From: Nitrospirota bacterium
GTDB taxonomy: Bacteria > Nitrospirota > Thermodesulfovibrionia > Thermodesulfovibrionales > JdFR-86
DNA: 64,000 bases
Direction of reading: 5' to 3'
NCBI GenBank assembly: GCA_037386965.1
Contig: JARRLN010000001.1
Coordinates: 5,323 to 69,322, forward strand
The translations under genes and the position numbers were made by a program. Under the pieces are notes generated by a model. The model did no database searches, was not told the DNA's origin, and saw nothing but the letters and a program-made list of their open reading frames with translations. Every line of letters starts with the position of its first letter. Position 1 is the stretch's first letter. This document shows positions 19,730 through 29,574 of the stretch, piece by piece.

Positions 19730-21556
19730 ATGTGCGGCATCATCGGATACGTGGGAAAGAGGGACGCCATCACGGTCATCGTGGAGGGCCTCCGGCGGCT
19801 GGAGTACAGGGGGTATGATTCCGCCGGCGTTTCCTTCCTGAGCGACGGGAAAATCCACGTCAAACGCTGCAAGGGCAAGATAAACGACCTCAGTGAGCGC
19901 TTGAGGGGCGTGGAGGCCCACTGCACCGTGGCCATCGGCCATACCCGGTGGGCCACCCACGGCAAACCCTCCGACGAAAACGCCCACCCCCACCGCTCCG
20001 GCGGCATCGTGCTGGTGCATAACGGCATCATCGAGAACTACCACGAACTGAAGAGGTCCCTTGAGGCCGACGGCTTCGTCTTCACCTCCGAGACCGACAC
20101 CGAGGTCATCTGTCACCTCGTGAACAAGCACTCCGGGGGCCGCACGCTGGAGGAAGCCGTCCGGAAGGCCCTTGTCGAGGTGCGGGGCGCTTACGCCATC
20201 GCCGTGATGAGCGAGGATGAGCCCGGTAAGGTCGTGGCGGTGCGGAAGGACAGCCCCCTGGTGGCCGGGGTCGGCGAGACGGACTTTTTCGTCGCCTCCG
20301 ACATCCCCGCCTTTCTCAGTTATTCGCGGAATGTGGTCTTCCTTGAAGACGACGAGATGGTGGTCATGACTAGCGGGGGCATAGCCTTCAGCAACCTCGA
20401 GGGGGAGCCCCTCCGGCGGGAGCCAACCCGCATCGCCTGGAACGCCTCCATGGCGGAGAAAGGCGGCTACAAGCATTTCATGCTCAAGGAGATATTCGAG
20501 CAGCCCCGCGCCCTGGCCGACACCATCGCCGGACGCGTCAGCGCCGAGACCGGCGAGGTCAACCTGGGGGAGTTTCACCTTACGGAGGAGCTTCTCCGGG
20601 AAGCGGAGAAGCTTTTCATCGTGGCCTGCGGGACCTCGTGGCATGCGGCGCTGGTGGGCAAGTACCTGATAGAGGCCCTGGCCAGGGTGCCGGTGGAGGT
20701 GGATATCGCCTCGGAGTTCCGCTACAGAAGCCCCATCATAGGAGGGAAGAGCCTCTTCGTCTCCATCACCCAGTCGGGGGAGACGGCCGACACGCTGGCA
20801 GCCCAGAGGCTCGCCAGGAAAACGGGCGTGCCCGTCCTCAACGTCTGTAACGTCATCGGAAGCACCTCCTCGCGGGAGGCCGACGCCGTCTTCTATACAC
20901 GCTCAGGCCCGGAGGTGGGGGTGGCCTCCACGAAGGCCTTCACGACACAGATGGCGGGCCTCTATCTGCTGGCCGTGGCCATGGGCAGGGCGCGGGGGGT
21001 GCTCGCTCCGGAGGACTGCCGCGGGCTCGTCAAGGAGCTGCTTGCCATGCCCGACAAGGTGGAGACCGCGCTCCAGGGTGAGAAGGACGTGGAGGCCATC
21101 TCCCGGGAGCTGCAGAAGAAGAACGCCTTCCTTTACCTCGGCCGGGGCATCAACTACCCCATAGCCCTGGAAGGGGCGCTCAAGCTGAAAGAGATATCCT
21201 ATATTCACGCCGAGGGCTACGCCGCCGGAGAGATGAAGCACGGCCCCATCGCCCTCATAGACGCCGGCTATCCCGTCCTGTTCCTGGCGCCTCGGGACGG
21301 GCTCTACGAGAAAGTCATATCCAACATGGAGGAAATAAGAAGCAGAGGCGGAACCATCATTTCAGTGACGACGGACACCGGCGGGGACGACAGCGGCCTG
21401 GCCGCCTTCTCCCTCGCGGTGCCGGAAGCCTCACCCTTTCTTTTACCCATTCTTTTTGCGGTCCCGCTTCAGCTTCTTGCATATCATATAGGCGTTCTCC
21501 GGGGATGCGACGTTGACCAACCGCGGAACCTTGCGAAAAGCGTCACCGTCGAGTGA
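19730..21556 (+). CDS. glmS: Glutamine--fructose-6-phosphate aminotransferase
   Basis: MCGIIGYVG is the N-terminal nucleophile Cys. Two SIS domains follow and the C-terminus is ...KSVTVE. Confidence 0.95.
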   Translation: MCGIIGYVGKRDAITVIVEGLRRLEYRGYDSAGVSFLSDGKIHVKRCKGKINDLSERLRGVEAHCTVAIGHTRWATHGKPSDENAHPHRSGGIVLVHNGIIENYHELKRSLEADGFVFTSETDTEVICHLVNKHSGGRTLEEAVRKALVEVRGAYAIAVMSEDEPGKVVAVRKDSPLVAGVGETDFFVASDIPAFLSYSRNVVFLEDDEMVVMTSGGIAFSNLEGEPLRREPTRIAWNASMAEKGGYKHFMLKEIFEQPRALADTIAGRVSAETGEVNLGEFHLTEELLREAEKLFIVACGTSWHAALVGKYLIEALARVPVEVDIASEFRYRSPIIGGKSLFVSITQSGETADTLAAQRLARKTGVPVLNVCNVIGSTSSREADAVFYTRSGPEVGVASTKAFTTQMAGLYLLAVAMGRARGVLAPEDCRGLVKELLAMPDKVETALQGEKDVEAISRELQKKNAFLYLGRGINYPIALEGALKLKEISYIHAEGYAAGEMKHGPIALIDAGYPVLFLAPRDGLYEKVISNMEEIRSRGGTIISVTTDTGGDDSGLAAFSLAVPEASPFLLPILFAVPLQLLAYHIGVLRGCDVDQPRNLAKSVTVE

Positions 21557-21600
21557 AAAGTGGATAATTTTTAAGACGATTTGTTAGAATTTATGAGGGG

Positions 21601-23703
21601 ATGATGTCGAAATCTATTCTGGAAGGGTTGAATCCTTCTCAAAAGGAAGCCGTCACCCACAATGGGGGACCCCTGCTCATCATCGCGGGAGCCGGCAGCG
21701 GCAAGACGCGGGTCATCACCCACAAGTTTGCCTACCTCGCGCAGAAGTCTTCTCCCAACACCATTCTTGCCGTCACCTTCACCAACAAGGCCGCCGGGGA
21801 AATGAAGGAGCGCATCGGCGAGCTCAGCAGGAAAGACCTCCGTGGCGCCTGGATAGGTACTTTCCACTCCCAGTGCAACAGGATCCTTCGCAAGGAGATC
21901 CAGCCCCTGGGGTACAAGAACGATTTTTCCATTTACGACGAAGAGGACCAGTGCACCCTCATCCGGCATATCCTGAAGGAGTTCAAGATATACGAGGCGC
22001 TGTACAGGGGGATTCTCTCCCGCATCAGCGCCTTGAAAGCCGCAGGCGTCACGCCGGAGGCCTTTCTGGCCGATGGCGACGGGTTCGGTTTCGAAGAGAG
22101 GCTGGCCCGGGTGTACGTGCGGTATCAGGACGAGCTGAAGCGCTGTAACGCCCTGGATTACGACGACCTCATCATGCTCACCGTCCGGCTCTTCCAGGAG
22201 AACCCCAGGATACTGGAAAAATACCAGAACAAGTTCAAGCATGTCCTCGTGGACGAGTTTCAGGACACCAACTCCTCCCAGTACGAGCTGGTAAAGCTCC
22301 TGGGCCGCGCAAGCAGGAGCCTGGCGGCCGTGGGAGACGACGACCAGAGCATTTACGGTTTCCGGGGCGCCAGCGTCATGAACATCTTGAACTTCGAGAA
22401 GGACTTCCCCGATGCCGCCGTCGTCAAGCTCGAACAGAACTATCGTTGCACCAAGAACATCCTTGCCGTCTCGGATAGCATCATAAAGGACAACGACAAG
22501 CGGAGGCAAAAGACCCTGTGGTGCGACCGCGACCCGGGCGAACTGGTGCGCCACTGCTGGTTCGGCTCCGAGGACGAAGAAGCCAAATATATCGCAAAGC
22601 TCCTCAAGGAGCTGTACCTCAAGGGCCAGTACGACTACAGCGACTGCGCCGTCCTTTACCGGATAAACGTCGAGTCGCGCGCCCTGGAGGACGCCCTGAG
22701 GCACGAGCGCATCCCCTACCGGGTGGTGGGCAGCGTCAGCTTCTACCAGAGGAAGGAGATAAAGGACATCACGGCGTACATGCGCCTGGTCCTGAACCGG
22801 GACGACAACGTGAGCTTGAGGCGGGTGGTAAACGTCCCGCCGAGGGGCATCGGCGCCTCCACCCTGGCCAAGGTCGAACAGGTGGCGAAGAAGAAAAACG
22901 GGAGCCTCTTTGCCGCCATAAAGGGCATCGTCAAGGGCGGCTCCCTCATCTCCTCCACGAAAGAGAAGCTCAACGGCTTCGCAAGCGTCATCGAGGACGT
23001 GGCCGCCGGCAGCTACAAAAACGCCGCAGACATGCTCCGCAATATCTATATCAAGACGGGCTACTCGGACTACGTTGACGACGACAGGGCCGAAAACGTC
23101 AAGGAGCTCATCGAGTCCGCCGAAGGGCGGGACATAAAGGAGTTTGTAGATTCCCTCTCCCTGGTCACCAGCCTGGACGAGGCGGGTCCGGAGGGTTCGG
23201 TCTCGCTGCTTACCCTGCATGGCGCAAAGGGCCTTGAGTTTCCGGTCGTCTGTCTCTCCGGCCTGGAGGAAGGGGTGGTGCCCTACTTCAAGGCGGAAAC
23301 ACCCCAGGAGATAGCCGAGGAGAGGCGGCTTCTTTACGTGGGCATGACCAGGGCCAAGGACATGCTGGTGCTGACGGGGGCCGGCCGGCGCAGGCTTTTC
23401 GCGAAGGTCCAGGAACAGGAGCCCTCGCGGTTTCTGGGCAGCCTGCCCGATGTCTGCTGCCTCCGCATAGAGAAGCGCCCCGAGGCCCTGGAGGACTTCG
23501 GCTCGCGGCGGGCCCGAAAGAAGGCCTTCAAGCCCGTGGGACTCTACAAGGTGGGGGCCCGCGTGCGGCATCCCAAGTGGGGAGTGGGCGTCGTGCGGGA
23601 CTGTTACGGAAACGGTGACGACCAGAAGATAACCGTGAACTTCCCCTCCATCGGGGTCAAGAGGCTGGCGCTGAAGTTCGCCAACCTCGAAAGGGTCACC
23701 TGA
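21601..23703 (+). CDS. uvrD: ATP-dependent DNA helicase, UvrD/PcrA/Rep family
   Basis: It has Walker A (AGAGSGKTRVITHK), motif II (VLVDEFQDTN), and the QNYRCT and LLYVGMTRAK motifs. Confidence 0.9.
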   Translation: MMSKSILEGLNPSQKEAVTHNGGPLLIIAGAGSGKTRVITHKFAYLAQKSSPNTILAVTFTNKAAGEMKERIGELSRKDLRGAWIGTFHSQCNRILRKEIQPLGYKNDFSIYDEEDQCTLIRHILKEFKIYEALYRGILSRISALKAAGVTPEAFLADGDGFGFEERLARVYVRYQDELKRCNALDYDDLIMLTVRLFQENPRILEKYQNKFKHVLVDEFQDTNSSQYELVKLLGRASRSLAAVGDDDQSIYGFRGASVMNILNFEKDFPDAAVVKLEQNYRCTKNILAVSDSIIKDNDKRRQKTLWCDRDPGELVRHCWFGSEDEEAKYIAKLLKELYLKGQYDYSDCAVLYRINVESRALEDALRHERIPYRVVGSVSFYQRKEIKDITAYMRLVLNRDDNVSLRRVVNVPPRGIGASTLAKVEQVAKKKNGSLFAAIKGIVKGGSLISSTKEKLNGFASVIEDVAAGSYKNAADMLRNIYIKTGYSDYVDDDRAENVKELIESAEGRDIKEFVDSLSLVTSLDEAGPEGSVSLLTLHGAKGLEFPVVCLSGLEEGVVPYFKAETPQEIAEERRLLYVGMTRAKDMLVLTGAGRRRLFAKVQEQEPSRFLGSLPDVCCLRIEKRPEALEDFGSRRARKKAFKPVGLYKVGARVRHPKWGVGVVRDCYGNGDDQKITVNFPSIGVKRLALKFANLERVT

Positions 23704-23705
23704 GG

Positions 23706-23993
23706 ATGCCCATAACGCGGGACGACGTCATGTATATCGCCCGCCTCTCCCGGCTGGCCATTACCGAGGAGGAGGCCGCAATGTTCGAGGGCCAGTTGGG
23801 CGATATCCTGGCCTACATGGAGAAGCTCGGGGAGCTGGACACGGAGGACGTCGAGCCCACCTCCCACGTGCTTGAGCTGGGCAACGTCTTCCGCGAAGAC
23901 AAGCCGAGGCCGTCGCTTCCGGTTGACGAGGTCCTCGCCAACGCCCCCGACAGGGCGAAGAACTTCTACCGCGTCCCCAGGATCATCGAATAA
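23706..23993 (+). CDS. gatC: Asp-tRNA(Asn)/Glu-tRNA(Gln) amidotransferase subunit C
   Basis: It is 95 aa with ...VMYIARLSRLAITEEEAAMFEGQLGDILAYMEKL...TEDVEPTSHV, typical of GatC. Confidence 0.85.
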   Translation: MPITRDDVMYIARLSRLAITEEEAAMFEGQLGDILAYMEKLGELDTEDVEPTSHVLELGNVFREDKPRPSLPVDEVLANAPDRAKNFYRVPRIIE

Positions 23994-23998
23994 GACAT

Positions 23999-24355
23999 AT
24001 GCTCCGCCCCATGCTCAGGGCCAAGATACACGGGGCCACCGTCACCCGTTCGGACCTTCGCTACGAAGGGAGCATTACGATTGACGCCGGCCTTCTCGAG
24101 AAAGCCGACATACGGCCGTACGAGCAGGTGCAGGTGAGCAACCTCATGAACGGGGAGCGCTTCGAGACGTACGTCATTGCGGGCGGGGCCGGGGAGATAT
24201 GCCTCAACGGTCCCACCGCCCGGAAAGGCGCGGTGGGTGACAAGCTCATGATATTCGCCTACTGCCTCCTGAGCGAGGAGGAACAGGCATCGCATGCGCC
24301 CCGCATCTTCGTCATGGACGAGCAGAACCGGGTGAAGCGGGAGGGGAAGCTTTAG
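23999..24355 (+). CDS. panD: Aspartate 1-decarboxylase
   Basis: MLRPMLRAKIHGATVTRSDLRYEGSITID contains the G-S self-processing site. Confidence 0.9.
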   Translation: MLRPMLRAKIHGATVTRSDLRYEGSITIDAGLLEKADIRPYEQVQVSNLMNGERFETYVIAGGAGEICLNGPTARKGAVGDKLMIFAYCLLSEEEQASHAPRIFVMDEQNRVKREGKL

Positions 24356-25454
24356 ACATCCGCGGCGGATAGGAGACCCTGCCCTGGATAAGGATGTCTT
24401 CGCCGACCCGCCGCACCTGCAACCGGTCGAGGCGGCAGGCCTCGCCGAGGCGCCTGAAGGAGGAGCCGCCAACCGGGGTGAAAGCCGTCCTTCCCCCTAT
24501 GACCGTGGGGGCGACGAAGACCATCGCCTTGTCCACAATCTCCTCCTCGAAGGCCGAGGCGTTCAGGCTGGAGCCGGCCTCGATGAGCACGGAGACGATG
24601 TTCCGTCTGCCCAGCTCCTCGATGAGCCATCTCAGGCTCAGGCGTCCCTGGAAAAAGAGAAGCTCGATACCCCTCGTCTCGAGCCCGCGGGCCTTCTCGC
24701 CCCGGTTTCTCGTGACCAGGAGCGTGGGAGGCGGCGTGCGGAGCACCCGGGCGTCGGGAGAGACCTCGAGGTCCGGGTCCACGATGACGCGCAAGGGATC
24801 CTCCCCTCCCGGCACCCGGGCGGTGAGCTCCGGGTCGTCGGCCCGCACGGTGCCGATGCCGGTGAGGATGGCGTCCACCTCGTCCCGCACCCTGTGCACC
24901 AGCCGGCGGGCCGGCTCCCCGGTTATCCATTTGGATTCCCCCTCCGGCGTCGCTATCTTTCCGTCCAGGGTCATGGCGGTCTTCAGGATGACGAAGGGAA
25001 GCCCCGTGGTGATGAACTTCTCGTAGGCCTCGTTCAGGGCGCGGGCCTTCTCTTCGAGGAGGCCCGTTTGGACTTCTATGCCCGCCTCGCCGAGCTTGCG
25101 CACCCCTTCTCCGCGCACCCGGGGGTTGGGGTCCACCATGGCCACCACCACCCGGGCCACGCCCGCCCTGATAATGGCGTCGGCGCAGGGCGGGGTCTTC
25201 TTGTCCAGGTGGCTGCAGGGCTCGAGGGTGACATACAGGGTGGAGCCCCGGGCCCTCTGTCCGGCCTTCTCCAGGACCAGGGCCTCGGCGTGGGGCGAGC
25301 CGGCCCTCCTGTGGAAATCCTCCGCAACGACCTGCCCACCCCGGGTGAGAACGGCCCCCACCATGGGGTTGGGGCTCGTCCTGCCCCGGGCCCGGGCGGC
25401 CAGCCGGAGAGCCTTCCTCATGAGCAATTCGTCGCGCACGGTTAAGGATAACAC
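24312..25454 (-). CDS. ribD: Bifunctional riboflavin biosynthesis deaminase/reductase
   Basis: The CMP/dCMP deaminase zinc motifs are HAEALVL and PCSH...PPCADAI. A C-terminal RibD reductase domain follows. The 3' end overlaps convergent panD by 44 bp. Confidence 0.9.
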   Translation of the reverse strand: MLSLTVRDELLMRKALRLAARARGRTSPNPMVGAVLTRGGQVVAEDFHRRAGSPHAEALVLEKAGQRARGSTLYVTLEPCSHLDKKTPPCADAIIRAGVARVVVAMVDPNPRVRGEGVRKLGEAGIEVQTGLLEEKARALNEAYEKFITTGLPFVILKTAMTLDGKIATPEGESKWITGEPARRLVHRVRDEVDAILTGIGTVRADDPELTARVPGGEDPLRVIVDPDLEVSPDARVLRTPPPTLLVTRNRGEKARGLETRGIELLFFQGRLSLRWLIEELGRRNIVSVLIEAGSSLNASAFEEEIVDKAMVFVAPTVIGGRTAFTPVGGSSFRRLGEACRLDRLQVRRVGEDILIQGRVSYPPRMSKASPPASPGSARP

Positions 25455-25469
25455 AGGGACATTCTGAGA

Positions 25470-25498
25470 TTGAAATATGCCGTGAATTCATATATATT
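25470..25498 (+). promoter_or_regulatory. Candidate sigma-70 promoter for thrS (TTGAAA-17 nt-TATATT)
   Basis: TTGAAA lies at 25470-25475 and TATATT at 25493-25498, with a 17-nt spacer. Both sit in the 44-bp divergent ribD/thrS gap. The -10 directly abuts the ATG at 25499. Confidence 0.4.
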
Positions 25499-27457
25499 AT
25501 GATGTTGCACCGAAAAGCGGTCGTTTCCCCTCCCCGTGGAGAGGGGCCCCAAGGAGGACCGGAGATTAAACTCATTTTCCCCGGCGGAGAGGTCCAGGCC
25601 GAGGACCTCTCACAGGCCGAAAAGGAGCTGAAGAAGGGAAAGGCCCTGGCGCTCAGGGCCGACGGTGAACTGTACGACCTGAGCGAGGTCTCCCGGCTGT
25701 CCGGGCGCGGGGCCGTGGAGGTCCTTACCTTCGAGAGCAAAGAGGGACGGGAGGTCTACCGCCACAGCACCGCCCACGTCATGGCCCATGCCGTCAAGGA
25801 GCTTTTCCCGGAGGCGAAGCTTGCCATCGGCCCGGCGACGGACGAGGGCTTCTATTACGATTTCGATATGGACCGCCCCTTCACGCCGGAGGACCTGGAG
25901 GCCATCGAGAAAAAGATGGCCCACCTCATCAAGCGGAATACCCCCTTTGTCCGGAAGGCCATGAAGAGGGAGGACGCCATCGGGCTTTTCGAGGAAAAGG
26001 GGGAGCCCTACAAGGTGGAGATCCTCCGGGAGATAGAAGACCGGGAGGTCTCCCTTTATGAAGAGGACGGCTTCATCGACCTGTGCCGGGGCCCCCACCT
26101 GCCCTCCACCGGAAGGGTGCAGGCCTTCAAGCTCCTGAGCATCGCCGGAGCCTACTGGAGGGGAGACGAGCACAACAGGATGCTTCAGCGCATCTACGGC
26201 ACCTCCTTCGCCGACAAGAAGGGACTGACGGAGTATCTGGAGTTCCTCGAACAGGTCAAGAAGCGCGACCACCGGAGGCTTGGCCGGGAGCTCGACCTCT
26301 TCAGCGTGAGCGAGGACATCGGCCCGGGGCTCATCCTCTGGCACCCCAGCGGGGCCATCATCCGGAAGACCATCGAGGACTTCTGGCGGGAGGAGCACCT
26401 GAAGGCCGACTACCAGATTCTCTACACCCCGCATATCGCGAAGCTCGACCTCTGGGGGCGGAGCGGACACCTGGACTTCTATAGCGAGAACATGTACTCC
26501 CCCATGGAGGTGGAAGGACAGCCCTATGAGGTGAAACCCATGAACTGTCCTTTCCACATCATGGTCTACAAGAGCTCCCTGAAGAGCTACCGGGACCTCC
26601 CCGTGCGGTTCGCCGAGCTGGGCACGGTCTACCGCTATGAGCGCTCCGGCGTCCTGCACGGGCTTCTCAGGGTGCGGGGGTTCACCCAGGACGACGCCCA
26701 TATCTTCATCCGGGAGGACCAGGCGGAAGAGGAGGTCCAGCGAGTCCTGGACTTCACCCTTTTCGTCCTGAGGACGTTCGGTTTCGAGGATTACGACATC
26801 TACCTCTCCACGCGGCCCGAAAAATACGTGGGCACAGGGGAGCACTGGGAGCTTGCCACCGGGGCCCTGGAGGCGGCTCTCCGCGACAAGGGCCTTCCCT
26901 ACGAGGTGGACCCGGGCGAGGGGGTCTTTTACGGGCCGAAGATAGACATCAAGGTCAAGGACTCCCTGGGGAGGGCCTGGCAGTGCAGCACCGTGCAGGT
27001 GGACTTCAACCTGCCGGAGCGTTTCGACGTCACCTACAGGGGGGCCGACGGCAAGGAGCACCGGCCCATCATGGTCCACCGGGCCCTGATGGGCTCCCTG
27101 GAGAGGTTCTTCGGCGTCCTCGTGGAGCACTATGCGGGGGCCTTTCCCCTCTGGCTCGCCCCCATGCAGGTGGAGATACTCACCATCGCGGACCGCCACG
27201 CGGAGTATGCCGGCGCTTTGGCCCGCTTTTTGAAGGGCCGGGGAGTGCGCGCCGCGCTCAGAGCGGAAAACGAGAAAATCGGCTATAAAATCAGGCAGGC
27301 CACTATCGCAAAGGTCCCGTATCTGGTTATAATAGGGGATAAGGAAGTGCAGGAAAACAAGGTTACCGTCAGGAAGCGGACCGGTGAGAACATCGGGCCG
27401 TTTTCGTTTGACGAGTTTTATTCCCTGCTTCGGGAAGAGATACAACTGAGGAGGTGA
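25499..27457 (+). CDS. thrS: Threonine--tRNA ligase (start codon uncertain, see findings)
   Basis: It has an N-terminal TGS domain ([10 protein letters not shown]...), the editing-domain motif [11 protein letters not shown], class II core motifs and a C-terminal anticodon-binding domain. The first 22 codons of the listed ORF have no ThrRS counterpart. Confidence 0.9.
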   Translation: MMLHRKAVVSPPRGEGPQGGPEIKLIFPGGEVQAEDLSQAEKELKKGKALALRADGELYDLSEVSRLSGRGAVEVLTFESKEGREVYRHSTAHVMAHAVKELFPEAKLAIGPATDEGFYYDFDMDRPFTPEDLEAIEKKMAHLIKRNTPFVRKAMKREDAIGLFEEKGEPYKVEILREIEDREVSLYEEDGFIDLCRGPHLPSTGRVQAFKLLSIAGAYWRGDEHNRMLQRIYGTSFADKKGLTEYLEFLEQVKKRDHRRLGRELDLFSVSEDIGPGLILWHPSGAIIRKTIEDFWREEHLKADYQILYTPHIAKLDLWGRSGHLDFYSENMYSPMEVEGQPYEVKPMNCPFHIMVYKSSLKSYRDLPVRFAELGTVYRYERSGVLHGLLRVRGFTQDDAHIFIREDQAEEEVQRVLDFTLFVLRTFGFEDYDIYLSTRPEKYVGTGEHWELATGALEAALRDKGLPYEVDPGEGVFYGPKIDIKVKDSLGRAWQCSTVQVDFNLPERFDVTYRGADGKEHRPIMVHRALMGSLERFFGVLVEHYAGAFPLWLAPMQVEILTIADRHAEYAGALARFLKGRGVRAALRAENEKIGYKIRQATIAKVPYLVIIGDKEVQENKVTVRKRTGENIGPFSFDEFYSLLREEIQLRR

Positions 27458-27470
27458 AGGCATAAGCAAG

Positions 27471-27962
27471 ATTACTCGAATAAACGAGAGAATACGGGTC
27501 CCGGAAGTCCGGCTGGTGGACGAGGAGTCCAAACAGGTCGGCATCGTGCCCACCAGGGAGGCCCTGAGGATAGCCAGGGAGAAGGACCTGGACCTTGTGG
27601 AAGTGGCCCCCGGCGCCAAGCCTCCTGTCTGCAAGATCATGGACTTCGGGAAATATAAATATCAGCAAAGCAAGAAGCAGGCGCAGAAGAAGGCGCCCGA
27701 GCTCAAGGAGGTCAAGCTCCGCCCCCGTATCGACGAGCACGACCTGCAGTTGAAGGTGCGCAACATCAAGAGGTTTCTCGACGCGGGGCACAAGGCCAAG
27801 GTCTCGATGTTCTTCAGGGGGCGCGAGAGGGCCCGTCCGGAGATGGGCATGAAGGTGTTCGATAGGGTCATGGAGCTTCTGGACGGCGATTACAACGTCA
27901 TACAGAAACCCAGACACGAAGGCAACAGCATCATCATGGTGCTGGCCCCTTCGTCCAAATAA
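27471..27962 (+). CDS. infC: Translation initiation factor IF-3, non-AUG (ATT) start
   Basis: The listed ORF (GTG 27516) lacks the conserved N-terminus. The frame is open from the TGA at 27447 and encodes I-T-R-INERIRVPEVRLVDEESKQVGIV from ATT 27471; ATA 27462 is an alternative. GGAGGTGAAGG lies upstream. Confidence 0.8.
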   Translation: MTRINERIRVPEVRLVDEESKQVGIVPTREALRIAREKDLDLVEVAPGAKPPVCKIMDFGKYKYQQSKKQAQKKAPELKEVKLRPRIDEHDLQLKVRNIKRFLDAGHKAKVSMFFRGRERARPEMGMKVFDRVMELLDGDYNVIQKPRHEGNSIIMVLAPSSK

Positions 27963-27977
27963 AGGAAGGAGGACGAA

Positions 27978-28172
27978 ATGCCGAAAGCGAAGACCCACAG
28001 GGGAGCGGCCAAGCGCTTTCGCCTGACGGGCAGCGGGAAGCTGAGGAGAAACAGGGCGTACAAGAGCCATATCCTCACTAAGAAAAGAGCGAAGCGGAAA
28101 AGGCGCCTGAGGCAGCCCGCCCTGGTCTCTGCGACCGAGGAGAAGGCCGTCCGCAAGCTCCTTCACCTGTAA
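27978..28172 (+). CDS. rpmI: 50S ribosomal protein L35
   Basis: [36 protein letters not shown], preceded by AAGGAAGGAGG. Confidence 0.9.
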   Translation: MPKAKTHRGAAKRFRLTGSGKLRRNRAYKSHILTKKRAKRKRRLRQPALVSATEEKAVRKLLHL

Positions 28173-28204
28173 GACGCCGATAGAAAGCGACCAAGGAGGA
28201 ATAG

Positions 28205-28564
28205 ATGCCACGGGCACGAGGGGGGTTCAAGACCCGCAGACGCAGAAAGAAAGTCTTAAGCAGGGCCAAGGGTTTTTACTCGGCGAAAAGCCGCAATTTC
28301 AGGAGTGCTACGGAAGCCGTGGACAAGGCCCTGCGCCATGCCTACGCCGACAGGAGGGCGAAGAAGCGCGAGTTCAGGTCCCTGTGGATAGCCCGCATCA
28401 ACGCCGCCGCACGCCAGGAGGGGCTGACCTACAGCCAGTTGATGAAGGGGCTCCGGGACTCCGAGATTCTCCTGAACAGGAAAGTCCTGGCCGACATGGC
28501 CTACCGCGACCCCGAGGCCTTCCGGGCCCTCGTGGGCACCGCCAGGGAGAAGCTCGCGTCCTGA
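28205..28564 (+). CDS. rplT: 50S ribosomal protein L20
   Basis: [35 protein letters not shown]...[14 protein letters not shown]. Confidence 0.9.
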   Translation: MPRARGGFKTRRRRKKVLSRAKGFYSAKSRNFRSATEAVDKALRHAYADRRAKKREFRSLWIARINAAARQEGLTYSQLMKGLRDSEILLNRKVLADMAYRDPEAFRALVGTAREKLAS

Positions 28565-29574
28565 TGAACCTGACCGCCCTCAGGGAGGAGTTCGGACAGG
28601 ACATACGGCAAGCCCACTCGACGCAGGACCTGGAGAGGCTCCGGGTCAAGTATCTCGGGAAGAAGGGCCTGGTGACCGAGCAGTTCAAGCTGCTGGCCGA
28701 GATGCCGCCCGGGGAGAAGAAGGCCTTCGGCAAGGGGGTCAACGACCTGAAGACCCTCGTCGCGGAGGAAATCTCCTCCCGCAAAGTGCAGCTCAAGGAC
28801 AAGGAGCTCGGTGAGAAGCTCCTGGCCGAGAGCGTGGATATCACCCTGCCGGGCAAGTATCGGCCTTACGGCCGGGAGCATCCCGTCAACCAGACCATGA
28901 ACGAGATCATCGGGATATTCTCGAGCATGGGCTTCGGCGTGGAGGAAGGCCCGGAGGTGGAGACGGACTACTATAACTTCGAAGCCTTGAACATCCCCAA
29001 GGACCACCCCGCCCGGGACATGCAGGACACCTTCTACATCAGCGACGAGGTGGTTCTCCGCACGCACACCTCTCCTGTGCAGGTACGGGTCATGGAGCGG
29101 AGCACCCCTCCCCTGAGGTTCATCGCCCCCGGAAAGGTTTACCGCTGCGACGCCGACATCTCCCATACGCCGATGTTCCATCAGGTGGAGGGCCTGATGG
29201 TGGGCGCCGACATTTCCTTCAGCCACCTGAAGGGCGTCCTGGAGGCCTTCGTTCATGCCTTCTTCGGGCCGGAGGTGCCGGTGCGGTTCCGCCCGAGCTT
29301 CTTCCCCTTCACCGAGCCCTCCGCGGAGGTGGACATCGGGTGCACCTTCTGCCGGGGCCGCGGCTGTCGGGTCTGCAAGGCCTCGGGGTGGATAGAAATC
29401 CTGGGGGCCGGCATGGTCAACCCCAGGGTCTTCGAAATGGTGGGCTACGACCCGGAGCAGTACACCGGCTTTGCCTTCGGCATGGGGGTGGAGCGCATCG
29501 CCATGCTCAGCTTCTCGGTGGACGACATCCGCCTGTTTTACGAAAACGACGTCCGCTTCCTCGGGCAGTTCTAA
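28564..29574 (+). CDS. pheS: Phenylalanine--tRNA ligase alpha subunit
   Basis: ATG at 28564 overlaps the rplT stop (TGATG) and gives [10 protein letters not shown]...LERLRVKYLGKKG. Class II motifs are present (FRPSFFPFTEPSAEVD, GMGVERIAML). The listed start at 28384 is an extension running through rplT. Confidence 0.9.
   Translation: MNLTALREEFGQDIRQAHSTQDLERLRVKYLGKKGLVTEQFKLLAEMPPGEKKAFGKGVNDLKTLVAEEISSRKVQLKDKELGEKLLAESVDITLPGKYRPYGREHPVNQTMNEIIGIFSSMGFGVEEGPEVETDYYNFEALNIPKDHPARDMQDTFYISDEVVLRTHTSPVQVRVMERSTPPLRFIAPGKVYRCDADISHTPMFHQVEGLMVGADISFSHLKGVLEAFVHAFFGPEVPVRFRPSFFPFTEPSAEVDIGCTFCRGRGCRVCKASGWIEILGAGMVNPRVFEMVGYDPEQYTGFAFGMGVERIAMLSFSVDDIRLFYENDVRFLGQF

Noticed and set aside
21571-23571. 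666-aa ORF antisense to the UvrD/PcrA helicase gene
   Set aside because: It has no motifs and its composition is typical of the reverse frame of GC-rich coding DNA. The opposite strand carries all the helicase motifs.
24312-24355. Convergent 3' overlaps panD/ribD (44 bp) and nifS/M16 peptidase (38013-38059, 47 bp) considered as anomalies
   Set aside because: Both partners are well supported, and the overlaps involve poorly conserved C-terminal tails. This most likely reflects compact genome organisation rather than a special feature.
25455-25498. FMN riboswitch upstream of ribD (and preQ1 riboswitch upstream of queD at 11613-11626)
   Set aside because: The intergenic spaces of 44 bp and 14 bp are far too short to hold these aptamers.
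25610-27640. 676-aa ORF antisense to thrS/infC
   Set aside because: This is a shadow ORF; thrS and infC on the plus strand are unambiguous.
28384-28563. N-terminal extension of pheS through rplT; similar extensions occur at 45060-45152 (lpd), 11613-11786 (queD), 15951-16055 (ppx) and 12883-12948 (purN)
   Set aside because: Each extension overlaps a confirmed upstream gene or promoter region and lacks homology-like sequence. Internal starts give canonical N-termini and coupled start/stop overlaps.
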